Below, one piece after another: positions 1 to 12,291 of a stretch of DNA of 64,000 nt. A program made the translations under genes and the position numbers. The notes below the pieces were generated by a model. The model made no database searches. It saw nothing but the letters and a program-made list of their open reading frames with translations, and was not told where the DNA came from. Position 1 is the first letter of the stretch. Each line of letters opens with the position of its first letter. This DNA comes from Balanoglossus misakiensis (Eukaryota > Animalia > Hemichordata). The stretch covers positions 11,188,552 to 11,252,551 of the forward strand of contig CM082584.2 in assembly GCA_040954595.2 (NCBI GenBank). Direction: 5' to 3'.

Positions 1-3000
1 TGACAATTTTTCGACTTTGCGGAATTTCAAAATTTGGCCGATTTTTGAAAAAATCATGGGTTATAGCTCATGAAAATCATCCAAAAATGACAATTTTTCG
101 ACTTTGCGGAATTTCAAAATTTGGCCGATTTTTGAAAAAATCATGGGTTATAGCTCATGAAAATCATCCAAAAATGAGAATTTTTCGACTTTGCGGAATT
201 TCAAAATTTGGCCGATTTTTGAAAAAATCATGGGTTATAGCTCATGAAAATCATCCAAAAATGAGAATTTTTCGACTTTGCGGAATTTCAAAATTTGGCC
301 GATTTTTGAAAAAATCATGGGTTATAGCTCATGAAAATCATCCAAAAATGACAATTTTTCGACTTTGCGGAATTTCAAAATTTGGCCGATTTTTGAAAAA
401 ATCATGGGTTATAGCTCATGAAAATCATCCAAAAATGACAATTTTTCGACTTTGCGGAATTTCAAAATTTGGCCGATTTTTGAAAAAATCATGGGTTATA
501 GCTCATGAAAATCATCCAAAAATGAGAATTTTTCGACTTTGCGGAATTTCAAAATTTGGCCGATTTTTGAAAAAATCATGGGTTATAGCTCATGAAAATC
601 ATCCAAAAATGACAATTTTTCGACTTTGCGGAATTTCAAAATTTGGCCGATTTTTGAAAAAATCATGGGTTATAGCTCATGAAAATCATCCAAAAATGAG
701 AATTTTTCGACTTTGCGGAATTTCAAAATTTGGCCGATTTTTGAAAAAATCATGGGTTATAGCTCATGAAAATCATCCAAAAATGAGAATTTTTCGACTT
801 TGCGGAATTTCAAAATTTGGCCGATTTTTGAAAAAATCATGGGTTATAGCTCATGAAAATCATCCAAAAATGAGAATTTTTCGACTTTGCGGAATTTCAA
901 AATTTGGCCGATTTTTGAAAAAATCATGGGTTATAGCTCATGAAAATCATCCAAAATTGACAATTTTTCGACTTTGCGGAATTTCAAAATTTGGCCGATT
1001 TTTGAAAAAATCATGGGTTATAGCTCATGAAAATCATCCAAAAATGACAATTTTTCGACTTTGCGGAATTTCAAAATTTGGCCGATTTTTGAAAAAATCA
1101 TGGGTTATAGCTCATGAAAATCATCCAAAAATGAGAATTTTTCGACTTTGCGGAATTTCAAAATTTGGCCGATTTTTGAAAAAATCATGGGTTATAGCTC
1201 ATGAAAATCATCCAAAAATGACAATTTTTCGACTTTGCGGAATTTCAAAATTTGGCCGATTTTTGAAAAAATCATGGGTTATAGCTCATGAAAATCATCC
1301 AAAAATGAGAATTTTTCGACTTTGCGGAATTTCAAAATTTGGCCGATTTTTGAAAAAATCATGGGTTATAGCTCATGAAAATCATCCAAAAACGACAATT
1401 TTTCGACTTTGCGGAATTTCAAAATTTGGCCGATTTTTGAAAAAATCATGGGTTATAGCTCATGAAAATCATCCAAAAATGAGAATTTTTCGACTTTGCG
1501 GAATTTCAAAATTTGGCCGATTTTTGAAAAAATCATGGGTTATAGCTCATGAAAATCATCCAAAAATGAGAATTTTTCGACTTTGCGGAATTTCAAAATT
1601 TGGCCGATTTTTGAAAAAATCATGGGTTATAGCTCATGAAAATCATCCAAAAATGAGAATTTTTCGACTTTGCGGAATTTCAAAATTTGGCCGATTTTTG
1701 AAAAAATCATGGGTTATAGCTCATGAAAATCATCCAAAAATGAGAATTTTTCGACTTTGCGGAATTTCAAAATTTGGCCGATTTTTGAAAAAATCATGGG
1801 TTATAGCTCATGAAAATCATCCAAAAATGACCATTTTTCGACTTTGCGGAATTTCAAAATTTGGCCGATTTTTGAAAAAATCATGGGTTATAGCTCATGA
1901 AAATCATCCAAAAATGAGAATTTTTCGACTTTGCGGAATTTCAAAATTTGGCCGATTTTTGAAAAAATCATGGGTTATAGCTCATGAAAATCATCCAAAA
2001 ATGAGAATTTTTCGACTTTGCGGAATTTCAAAATTTGGCCGATTTTTGAAAAAATCATGGGTTATAGCTCATGAAAATCATCCAAAAATGAGAATTTTTC
2101 GACTTTGCGGAATTTCAAAATTTGGCCGATTTTTGAAAAAATCATGGGTTATAGCTCATGAAAATCATCCAAAAATGAGAATTTTTCGACTTTGCGGAAT
2201 TTCAAAATTTGGCCGATTTTTGAAAAAATCATGGGTTATAGCTCATGAAAATCATCCAAAAATGACAATTTTTCGACTTTGCGGAATTTCAAAATTTGGC
2301 CGATTTTTGAAAAAATCATGGGTTATAGCTCATGAAAATCATCCAAAAATGAGAATTTTTCGACTTTGCGGAATTTCAAAATTTGGCCGATTTTTGAAAA
2401 AATCATGGGTTATAGCTCATGAAAATCATCCAAAAATGAGAATTTTTCGACTTTGCGGAATTTCAAAATTTGGCCGATTTTTGAAAAAATCATGGGTTAT
2501 AGCTCATGAAAATCATCCAAAAATGACAATTTTTCGACTTTGCGGAATTTCAAAATTTGGCCGATTTTTGAAAAAATCATGGGTTATAGCTCATGAAAAT
2601 CATCCAAAAATGACAATTTTTCGACTTTGCGGAATTTCAAAATTTGGCCGATTTTGAAAAAATCATGGGTTATAGCTCATGAAAATCATCCAAAAATGAC
2701 AATTTTTCGACTTTGCGGAATTTCAAAATTTGGCCGATTTTTGAAAAAATCATGGGTTATAGCTCATGAAAATCATCCAAAAATGACAATTTTTCGACTT
2801 TGCGGAATTTCAAAATTTGGCCGATTTTTGAAAAAATCATGGGTTATAGCTCATGAAAATCATCCAAAAATGAGAATTTTTCGACTTTGCGGAATTTCAA
2901 AATTTGGCCGATTTTTGAAAAAATCATGGGTTATAGCTCATGAAAATCATCCAAAAATGAGAATTTTTCGACTTTGCGGAATTTCAAAATTTGGCCGATT

Positions 3001-6000
3001 TTTGAAAAAATCATGGGTTATAGCTCATGAAAATCATCCAAAAATGAGAATTTTTCGACTTTGCGGAATTTCAAAATTTGGCCGATTTTTGAAAAAATCA
3101 TGGGTTATAGCTCATGAAAATCATCCAAAAATGAGAATTTTTCGACTTTGCGGAATTTCAAAATTTGGCCGATTTTTGAAAAAATCATGGGTTATAGCTC
3201 ATGAAAATCATCCAAAAATGAGAATTTTTCGACTTTGCGGAATTTCAAAATTTGGCCGATTTTTGAAAAAATCATGGGTTATAGCTCATGAAAATCATCC
3301 AAAAATGAGAATTTTTCGACTTTGCGGAATTTCAAAATTTGGCCGATTTTTGAAAAAATCATGGGTTATAGCTCATGAAAATCATCCAAAAATGAGAATT
3401 TTTCGACTTTGCGGAATTTCAAAATTTGGCCGATTTTTGAAAAAATCATGGGTTATAGCTCATGAAAATCATCCAAAAATGAGAATTTTTCGACTTTGCG
3501 GAATTTCAAAATTTGGCCGATTTTTGAAAAAATCATGGGTTATAGCTCATGAAAATCATCCAAAAATGACAATTTTTCGACTTTGCGGAATTTCAAAATT
3601 TGGCCGATTTTTGAAAAAATCATGGGTTATAGCTCATGAAAATCATCCAAAAATGACAATTTTTCGACTTTGCGGAATTTCAAAATTTGGCCGATTTTTG
3701 AAAAAATCATGGGTTATAGCTCATGAAAATCATCCAAAAATGACAATTTTTCGACTTTGCGGAATTTCAAAATTTGGCCGATTTTTGAAAAAATCATGGG
3801 TTATAGCTCATGAAAATCATCCAAAAATGACAATTTTTCGACTTTGCGGAATTTCAAAATTTGGCCGATTTTTGAAAAAATCATGGGTTATAGCTCATGA
3901 AAATCATCCAAAAATGAGAATTTTTCGACTTTGCGGAATTTCAAAATTTGGCCGATTTTTGAAAAAATCATGGGTTATAGCTCATGAAAATCATCCAAAA
4001 ATGAGAATTTTTCGACTTTGCGGAATTTCAAAATTTGGCCGATTTTTGAAAAAATCATGGGTTATAGCTCATGAAAATCATCCAAAAATGACAATTTTTC
4101 GACTTTGCGGAATTTCAAAATTTGGCCGATTTTTGAAAAAATCATGGGTTATAGCTCATGAAAATCATCCAAAAATGAGAATTTTTCGACTTTGCGGAAT
4201 TTCAAAATTTGGCCGATTTTTGAAAAAATCATGGGTTATAGCTCATGAAAATCATCCAAAAATGAGAATTTTTCGACTTTGCGGAATTTCAAAATTTGGC
4301 CGATTTTTGAAAAAATCATGGGTTATAGCTCATGAAAATCATCCAAAAATGAGAATTTTTCGACTTTGCGGAATTTCAAAATTTGGCCGATTTTTGAAAA
4401 AATCATGGGTTATAGCTCATGAAAATCATCCAAAAATGACCATTTTTCGACTTTGCGGAATTTCAAAATTTGGCCGATTTTTGAAAAAATCATGGGTTAT
4501 AGCTCATGAAAATCATCCAAAATTGACAATTTTTCGACTTTGCGGAATTTCAAAATTTGGCCGATTTTTGAAAAAATCATGGGTTATAGCTCATGAAAAT
4601 CATCCAAAAATGACAATTTTTCGACTTTGCGGAATTTCAAAATTTGGCCGATTTTTGAAAAAATCATGGGTTATAGCTCATGAAAATCATCCAAAAATGA
4701 GAATTTTTCGACTTTGCGGAATTTCAAAATTTGGCCGATTTTTGAAAAAATCATGGGTTATAGCTCATGAAAATCATCCAAAAATGACAATTTTTCGACT
4801 TTGCGGAATTTCAAAATTTGGCCGATTTTTGAAAAAATCATGGGTTATAGCTCATGAAAATCATCCAAAAATGAGAATTTTTCGACTTTGCGGAATTTCA
4901 AAATTTGGCCGATTTTTGAAAAAATCATGGGTTATAGCTCATGAAAATCATCCAAAAACGACAATTTTTCGACTTTGCGGAATTTCAAAATTTGGCCGAT
5001 TTTTGAAAAAATCATGGGTTATAGCTCATGAAAATCATCCAAAAATGAGAATTTTTCGACTTTGCGGAATTTCAAAATTTGGCCGATTTTTGAAAAAATC
5101 ATGGGTTATAGCTCATGAAAATCATCCAAAAATGAGAATTTTTCGACTTTGCGGAATTTCAAAATTTGGCCGATTTTTGAAAAAATCATGGGTTATAGCT
5201 CATGAAAATCATCCAAAAATGAGAATTTTTCGACTTTGCGGAATTTCAAAATTTGGCCGATTTTTGAAAAAATCATGGGTTATAGCTCATGAAAATCATC
5301 CAAAAATGACCATTTTTCGACTTTGCGGAATTTCAAAATTTGGCCGATTTTTGAAAAAATCATGGGTTATAGCTCATGAAAATCATCCAAAAATGACCAT
5401 TTTTCGACTTTGCGGAATTTCAAAATTTGCCCGATTTTTGAAAAAATCATGGGTTATAGCTCATGAAAATCATCCAAAAATGAGAATTTTTCGACTTTGC
5501 GGAATTTCAAAATTTGGCCGATTTTTGAAAAAATCATGGGTTATAGCTCATGAAAATCATCCAAAAATGAGAATTTTTCGACTTTGCGGAATTTCAAAAT
5601 TTGGCCGATTTTTGAAAAAATCATGGGTTATAGCTCATGAAAATCATCCAAAAATGAGAATTTTTCGACTTTGCGGAATTTCAAAATTTGGCCGATTTTT
5701 GAAAAAATCATGGGTTATAGCTCATGAAAATCATCCAAAAATGAGAATTTTTCGACTTTGCGGAATTTCAAAATTTGGCCGATTTTTGAAAAAATCATGG
5801 GTTATAGCTCATGAAAATCATCCAAAAATGACAATTTTTCGACTTTGCGGAATTTCAAAATTTGGCCGATTTTTGAAAAAATCATGGGTTATAGCTCATG
5901 AAAATCATCCAAAAATGAGAATTTTTCGACTTTGCGGAATTTCAAAATTTGGCCGATTTTTGAAAAAATCATGGGTTATAGCTCATGAAAATCATCCAAA

Positions 6001-8232
6001 AATGAGAATTTTTCGACTTTGCGGAATTTCAAAATTTGGCCGATTTTTGAAAAAATCATGGGTTATAGCTCATGAAAATCATCCAAAAATGACAATTTTT
6101 CGACTTTGCGGAATTTCAAAATTTGGCCGATTTTTGAAAAAATCATGGGTTATAGCTCATGAAAATCATCCAAAAATGACAATTTTTCGACTTTGCGGAA
6201 TTTCAAAATTTGGCCGATTTTGAAAAAATCATGGGTTATAGCTCATGAAAATCATCCAAAAATGACAATTTTTCGACTTTGCGGAATTTCAAAATTTGGC
6301 CGATTTTTGAAAAAATCATGGGTTATAGCTCATGAAAATCATCCAAAAATGACAATTTTTCGACTTTGCGGAATTTCAAAATTTGGCCGATTTTTGAAAA
6401 AATCATGGGTTATAGCTCATGAAAATCATCCAAAAATGACAATTTTTCGACTTTGCGGAATTTCAAAATTTGGCCGATTTTTGAAAAAATCATGGGTTAT
6501 AGCTCATGAAAATCATCCAAAAATGACAATTTTTCGACTTTGCGGAATTTCAAAATTTGGCCGATTTTTGAAAAAATCATGGGTTATAGCTCATGAAAAT
6601 CATCCAAAAATGACAATTTTTCGACTTTGCGGAATTTCAAAATTTGGCCGATTTTTGAAAAAATCATGGGTTATAGCTCATGAAAATCATCCAAAAATGA
6701 CAATTTTTCGACTTTGCGGAATTTCAAAATTTGGCCGATTTTTGAAAAAATCATGGGTTATAGCTCATGAAAATCATCCAAAAATGAGAATTTTTCGACT
6801 TTGCGGAATTTCAAAATTTGGCCGATTTTTGAAAAAATCATGGGTTATAGCTCATGAAAATCATCCAAAAATGAGAATTTTTCGACTTTGCGGAATTTCA
6901 AAATTTGGCCGATTTTTGAAAAAATCATGGGTTATAGCTCATGAAAATCATCCAAAAATGAGAATTTTTCGACTTTGCGGAATTTCAAAATTTGGCCGAT
7001 TTTTGAAAAAATCATGGGTTATAGCTCATGAAAATCATCCAAAAATGAGAATTTTTCGACTTTGCGGAATTTCAAAATTTGGCCGATTTTTGAAAAAATC
7101 ATGGGTTATAGCTCATGAAAATCATCCAAAAATGAGAATTTTTCGACTTTGCGGAATTTCAAAATTTGGCCGATTTTTGAAAAAATCATGGGTTATAGCT
7201 CATGAAAATCATCCAAAAATGACAATTTTTCGACTTTGCGGAATTTCAAAATTTGGCCGATTTTTGAAAAAATCATGGGTTATAGCTCATGAAAATCATC
7301 CAAAAATGACAATTTTTCGACTTTGCGGAATTTCAAAATTTGGCCGATTTTTGAAAAAATCATGGGTTATAGCTCATGAAAATCATCCAAAAATGACAAT
7401 TTTTCGACTTTGCGGAATTTCAAAATTTGGCCGATTTTTGAAAAAATCATGGGTTATAGCTCATGAAAATCATCCAAAAATGAGAATTTTTCGACTTTGC
7501 GGAATTTCAAAATTTGGCCGATTTTTGAAAAAATCATGGGTTATAGCTCATGAAAATCATCCAAAAATGAGAATTTTTCGACTTTGCGGAATTTCAAAAT
7601 TTGGCCGATTTTTGAAAAAATCATGGGTTATAGCTCATGAAAATCATCCAAAAATGAGAATTTTTCGACTTTGCGGAATTTCAAAATTTGGCCGATTTTT
7701 GAAAAAATCATGGGTTATAGCTCATGAAAATCATCCAAAAATGAGAATTTTTCGACTTTGCGGAATTTCAAAATTTGGCCGATTTTTGAAAAAATCATGG
7801 GTTATAGCTCATGAAAATCATCCAAAAATGACAATTTTTCGACTTTGCGGAATTTCAAAATTTGGCCGATTTTTGAAAAAATCATGGGTTATAGCTCATG
7901 AAAATCATCCAAAAATGACAATTTTTCGACTTTGCGGAATTTCAAAATTTGGCCGATTTTTGAAAAAATCATGGGTTATAGCTCATGAAAATCATCCAAA
8001 AATGACAATTTTTCGACTTTGCGAAATATCAAAATGTCTTCATTTTTTGAAAAAAACATGGGTTATAGCTCATGAAAATCATCCAAAAATGACAATTTTT
8101 CGACTTTGCGAAATATCAAAATTTATTCATTTTTTTGAAAAAACCATGGGATATAGCTCATGAAAATCATCCAAAAATGACAATTTTACGGCTTTTTCTC
8201 ATTTTTTGACATTTATCATGGGTGATAGCACG
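1..8232. repeat. 87-bp tandem satellite array (~94 monomers; runs off the left edge; last ~3 monomers degenerate)
   Basis: Monomer TGACAATTTTTCGACTTTGCGGAATTTCAAAATTTGGCCGATTTTTGAAAAAATCATGGGTTATAGCTCATGAAAATCATCCAAAAA is repeated almost perfectly. The main polymorphism is GACAA/GAGAA. There are 1-bp deletions near 2655 and 6221. Divergence rises from ~8020. Confidence 0.98.
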
Positions 8233-11200
8233 AGTTTCTTGGAGTAACGTTAACGTACAGGCCGCCTTCTGCTCGAAGCACGATACTGAATAATCGTCTG
8301 GCGGGAATGTCTTCATCCACAGACAGTTCAAAGTTCCTCAAAATCAAGGAGATACACACTTTCATCTCGTTCATGGCAAAATTTTGACCGATGCAATTTC
8401 TGTAAAGAGAGAAGAAAAGCAGTGTTGAACTTGATCATGTCATGCGTGTTACATGTGCATACGTTCACCTGTATCCCGCTGTATTGTATTGTATTGTATT
8501 GATCTGTACTGTATCGAATCGTACTTACTATTGCATCATTTTGTATTATATACAGTATTATATTTGGAATCGCTCAACAACAACAAATATGATGTACATT
8601 TGACAATGAAATAAGATGGCACGTCATACTACCTTGGACCTGCAGAAAATGGTACATATGAATACGGTTGTCTTTCTTTGCAATTTTCTGGGGAAAATCG
8701 TTCCGGGTCGTAGGTGTAAGAATTTGGCCAAAACTTTGGGTTGTGGTGAAGTCCCATGATGTTGATAACTATCAACTGACCTGAAACACGAATGAAGAAA
8801 ATGTGTAAATTTGTTTTTAAGTGAACATGCAACTATGTTGTGAATAATAGCTTAGTATTTCTTTCATACCATTATATAGCCACGGCCTCCACCGCACATC
8901 AGCCAACACGTACTCTAAAGTATAGGGCCTTCTCTCATCTAAACTCATTTCGTGGGTACATCAGAAAGAAAACATTGTGATGTTTATTTTACCCGCTGGT
9001 ATCGTGACGTCCAGCTCCGGGTAGTGCAGAGGATTTTCCGTCTGTCTTGCAATGACAGGGACGGTCGGGTTCAGCCGCAGGCTTTCTTTGATGCACATGG
9101 TCAGATACGGAATCTTGCCGAGGTCGTCCCTTGGAGAATGAAACATTGAACCATAAATTTACGTCCATTTAACAATACGACATTTTTTATGTAGACGATA
9201 TCTTGACTAACCCATAATTTTACAGTACAACGTGTCAACAAGCACGATTAGAACTCTTAAGAATATTTGTATCTGCATAATTTTTTCATGCTCATTTAAA
9301 TATATTTGGGCCGATTAAAACACCACGTCACAGCATAGACAGTCCACTATCTATGGTCACAAAGACGTACCATGTCAGCTCATCTTCGTCTTTACCATCG
9401 AAGAGTTGATCAACTTCTTCGCGACATTTCTGCTGATACTGGGGATGTCTGGCCAGATTGTATAGACACCATGATATTGCACTCGCTGTGGTGTCGTGCC
9501 CTTCAAACATAAACGTATCCACTTCGTCTTGGATCTCTTGGTCCGTCAATCCCTTGCCGTCCTCGTCCTTTTAAGAAAAGTCAGCACATGTATATCAAGC
9601 GTCATCGTAGACTATTTTCCGAACTCCACGAGACCTTACGAGATCTCGCGTGGTTTGGCAGTATATATTACAAATGGATATTTCATTTATCAATGTTAGA
9701 GTCTTAGATGTAAAATTGTAGTGTCTATAATCAACATTATTGGCGCTGGGGAGGTCGTCTTACCCTCGCAGCAAGTAAGATGTCCAGGAAATCCACGTAT
9801 TTCCTTTCATCCTTCACCTTTCCACCAATCAAAACGCTTCTTCTATCTTGAATGACCTTTTTGGAATAGCCGTGAACGTCACTCAAAGCTTTCCTCCATC
9901 TGAACCCATCCGGGCTCACGTGATAGATGACGTCGCTGTAGTACGGCGGAAAGTTAATCCTGTCCATAATGAGCTCGGAAAGTTGGTAGACACCCCGGAT
10001 GTAGGGATGTGCGTTTCTGGGAGTAAGGGGAGATGAGAGGGTTGATATGTTGTGGGGTCATGTCGACACCATACTCGTCAAACCCACCACTAACAAAAAA
10101 GTACCGGGAGCCTTGTCTCGACTAACCATGCATATTTGTCTTCATGGACTCTAGGATTTTAAAACGTCCACTTTTTTTTCAAATATGTTACATTACATAA
10201 CTCACCCTTCAGTCTGACAGTGACTTTCCTGGCTGAAGATGCACTTCAGTAAACTGTCCAGTGTCATCAGACTTATGTTGTTGAACATCTCCAACGGGCC
10301 ATCGTGACAAGTTAGTCTCCATTTAGCCTGTTGAGTATGACATTTTCGCATTATTATCACGTCATTCCAAGGTAAAAAGTAACTTTTCGCATTGATTATT
10401 GCAAATTTAACCATGCATTATACATACCATCATATCTTTAGTTGAGTCGTTGAAAACTTTGACGTAGGGTTTAAGAATGTCAAAATGAAATCCTGGAGTC
10501 AGCAGTTTTCTGTTCCTATTCCATTTCTTCCCTTTGCTGATCAGTAACCCTTCTCCTAGCCACGGTTTCACAAGACCGTACACAAATTCATCCTTGGGTT
10601 CTGAGAGAAATCAAAGCAAGGGGAACACATAGCAGGAGAAACTTGATGATTGTGAAATTATTGTTCAGTGGAAGTAAAAGTTAACCAATGTACAAAAAAC
10701 CGCGCATGCTCTATTTTATGCTTCGCATGCGCGCGCAGGCAATGTGGAGAACATTGCACTCCTTCCGGTGTAGTGCATTCTGGTATTTAATGATTAGGCC
10801 CTAACGCCGGGATAAGAAAGTAACGATGGCGAAGAAACCAGGGGTTTTTACCTGCTGTTGATAATAGAGGTTGAACGGTATCAGGGTGGTGGCATACCAG
10901 AGCACATTGGAAGGGTCCCAGCCAGAACGGCATTGCGTAGGGATATTCTTCGGTGATGTCAGTGGCTATCTGTAAAGTTTCCTCTTGGTTTATCGTTAAC
11001 TGTAGACGAAATCACCAATATTTGAAAGGGCTGATTTGGCCGTCTCGAAAAGTCCGTTGACCCTATAGATGTTTGTTATTGTATGCATCTCAGGGTCCAC
11101 GCATGTACCACAGGTGATTGCGAATGATGGTGGTCGCTCGATACCGCAATTCGCAGACACCTGTAGCATGTACAATCAAACCTCACATCGCATGTGACGT

Positions 11201-11679
11201 TTATCGTCCTACTTCTTGCACTGAAACGGTGTCGCGGCGCTGGTCAAATTCCGCCAGGAGGCGATTGTACCTTCAGGTGGACCTTGCCCGTCGATCAGGA
11301 CGACGTTTTGACTCTGTTTTTAAACCGTTACAAGAATATTCCAGCGCTAATTAGGATGAATGTTGACAAATTACATATTTGCATAATTAATATACTTGTA
11401 TATTTTGTAGATTTCCATTCAACTCACCAGCTCCAGATGTCCCATCACTGGATGTCTGTACATTTCGATTGTTGGGAAATCTTTCATCGCCTCCGTTGAT
11501 GCCCATCGCATCTTCAGGAGTTTCACGACCACAAGGATAAGTTGTGCGGCCAGCAAGACGACGGCGGACGTGAACAACAAAGCCAAAACTTCCCGCCGTG
11601 GAGTGATTTGTTTCGTTATATCTGACCAAGTACTAATGTCTACAGAGTAGAAAATGTCCAAGGCAGCGCTGATAACCAT
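8216..11679 (-). CDS. Cytochrome P450, CYP4 family (CYP4F/4B-like), ~9 coding exons
   Basis: ATG at 11679 with an N-terminal membrane anchor. Exons encode [35 protein letters not shown], the I-helix [13 protein letters not shown] (with the CYP4 heme-linking Glu), KESLR (ExxR), YDPERF, and PFSAGPR|NCIGQNFA (heme Cys). Stop TGA at 8218-8216. Approximate exons: 11679-11428, 11000-10852, 10601-10428, 10328-10206, 10016-9763, 9567-9371, 9130-8992, 8780-8632, 8399-8216. Confidence 0.95.
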
Positions 11680-12291
11680 GTTGCTGGCTTTACGGTCGGA
11701 CGAATCTGATAATAGGTTCAAAAAGTATTGCAGTCCCTACGTGAATTATACATGGATGTTCCGTCCAAGCGTAGCACCAGTAGCAGTTATGACGACGGGG
11801 GGTTAGCCACAGCGCCCTCAATGGCCAGAGAGTTTTCATTGGCCTTGTACACACGGATGGGAGGAAGTTCTAGAGTTCTGACTCTGACATCGTTTTCAAA
11901 CAAACTATATATATGTGTATTCCTTTTTGGCCAACATGAAATAACGTACTCGGAACAAAAAAGGGTCAAAAGTATAATAACAATTGTTGCATTTATTACG
12001 AAAATGTCGCATCTGTTGGATTGAGGCATAGTGCAGGGCATCGAAAAAATGCTGTAAACAATGTGCAAATATTGCATTATTACCGAACAACGGCAGGACC
12101 CAATCTGCCCACGAAAAGGATGTGTGCTTGTAAATAAATCGAGTTGTCAAAAATGGTAATGTATAAAGTTTTTTTGCACGCCACAATGTCCAGATTCCAC
12201 AAAATTTAAAAACCGACAGTAACACTTTCACGCCATATATGGACTGTGCAAAACCCCTTTCGCTTCTAGAGTTTAGGGTCGGAAACCCGGC

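Noticed and set aside
45-8163. Three long ORFs (870, 1198 and 656 aa) of 29-aa repeats
   Set aside because: They arise because the 87-bp monomer is a multiple of 3 with one stop-free frame. They start at TTG, are broken by 1-bp deletions and show no gene structure.
1-8200. CRISPR array interpretation of the repeat
   Set aside because: There are no unique spacers and no cas genes, and the context is eukaryotic and intron-rich.
8479-8502. (GTATT)4 run in the last CYP4 intron
   Set aside because: It is a trivial short microsatellite.
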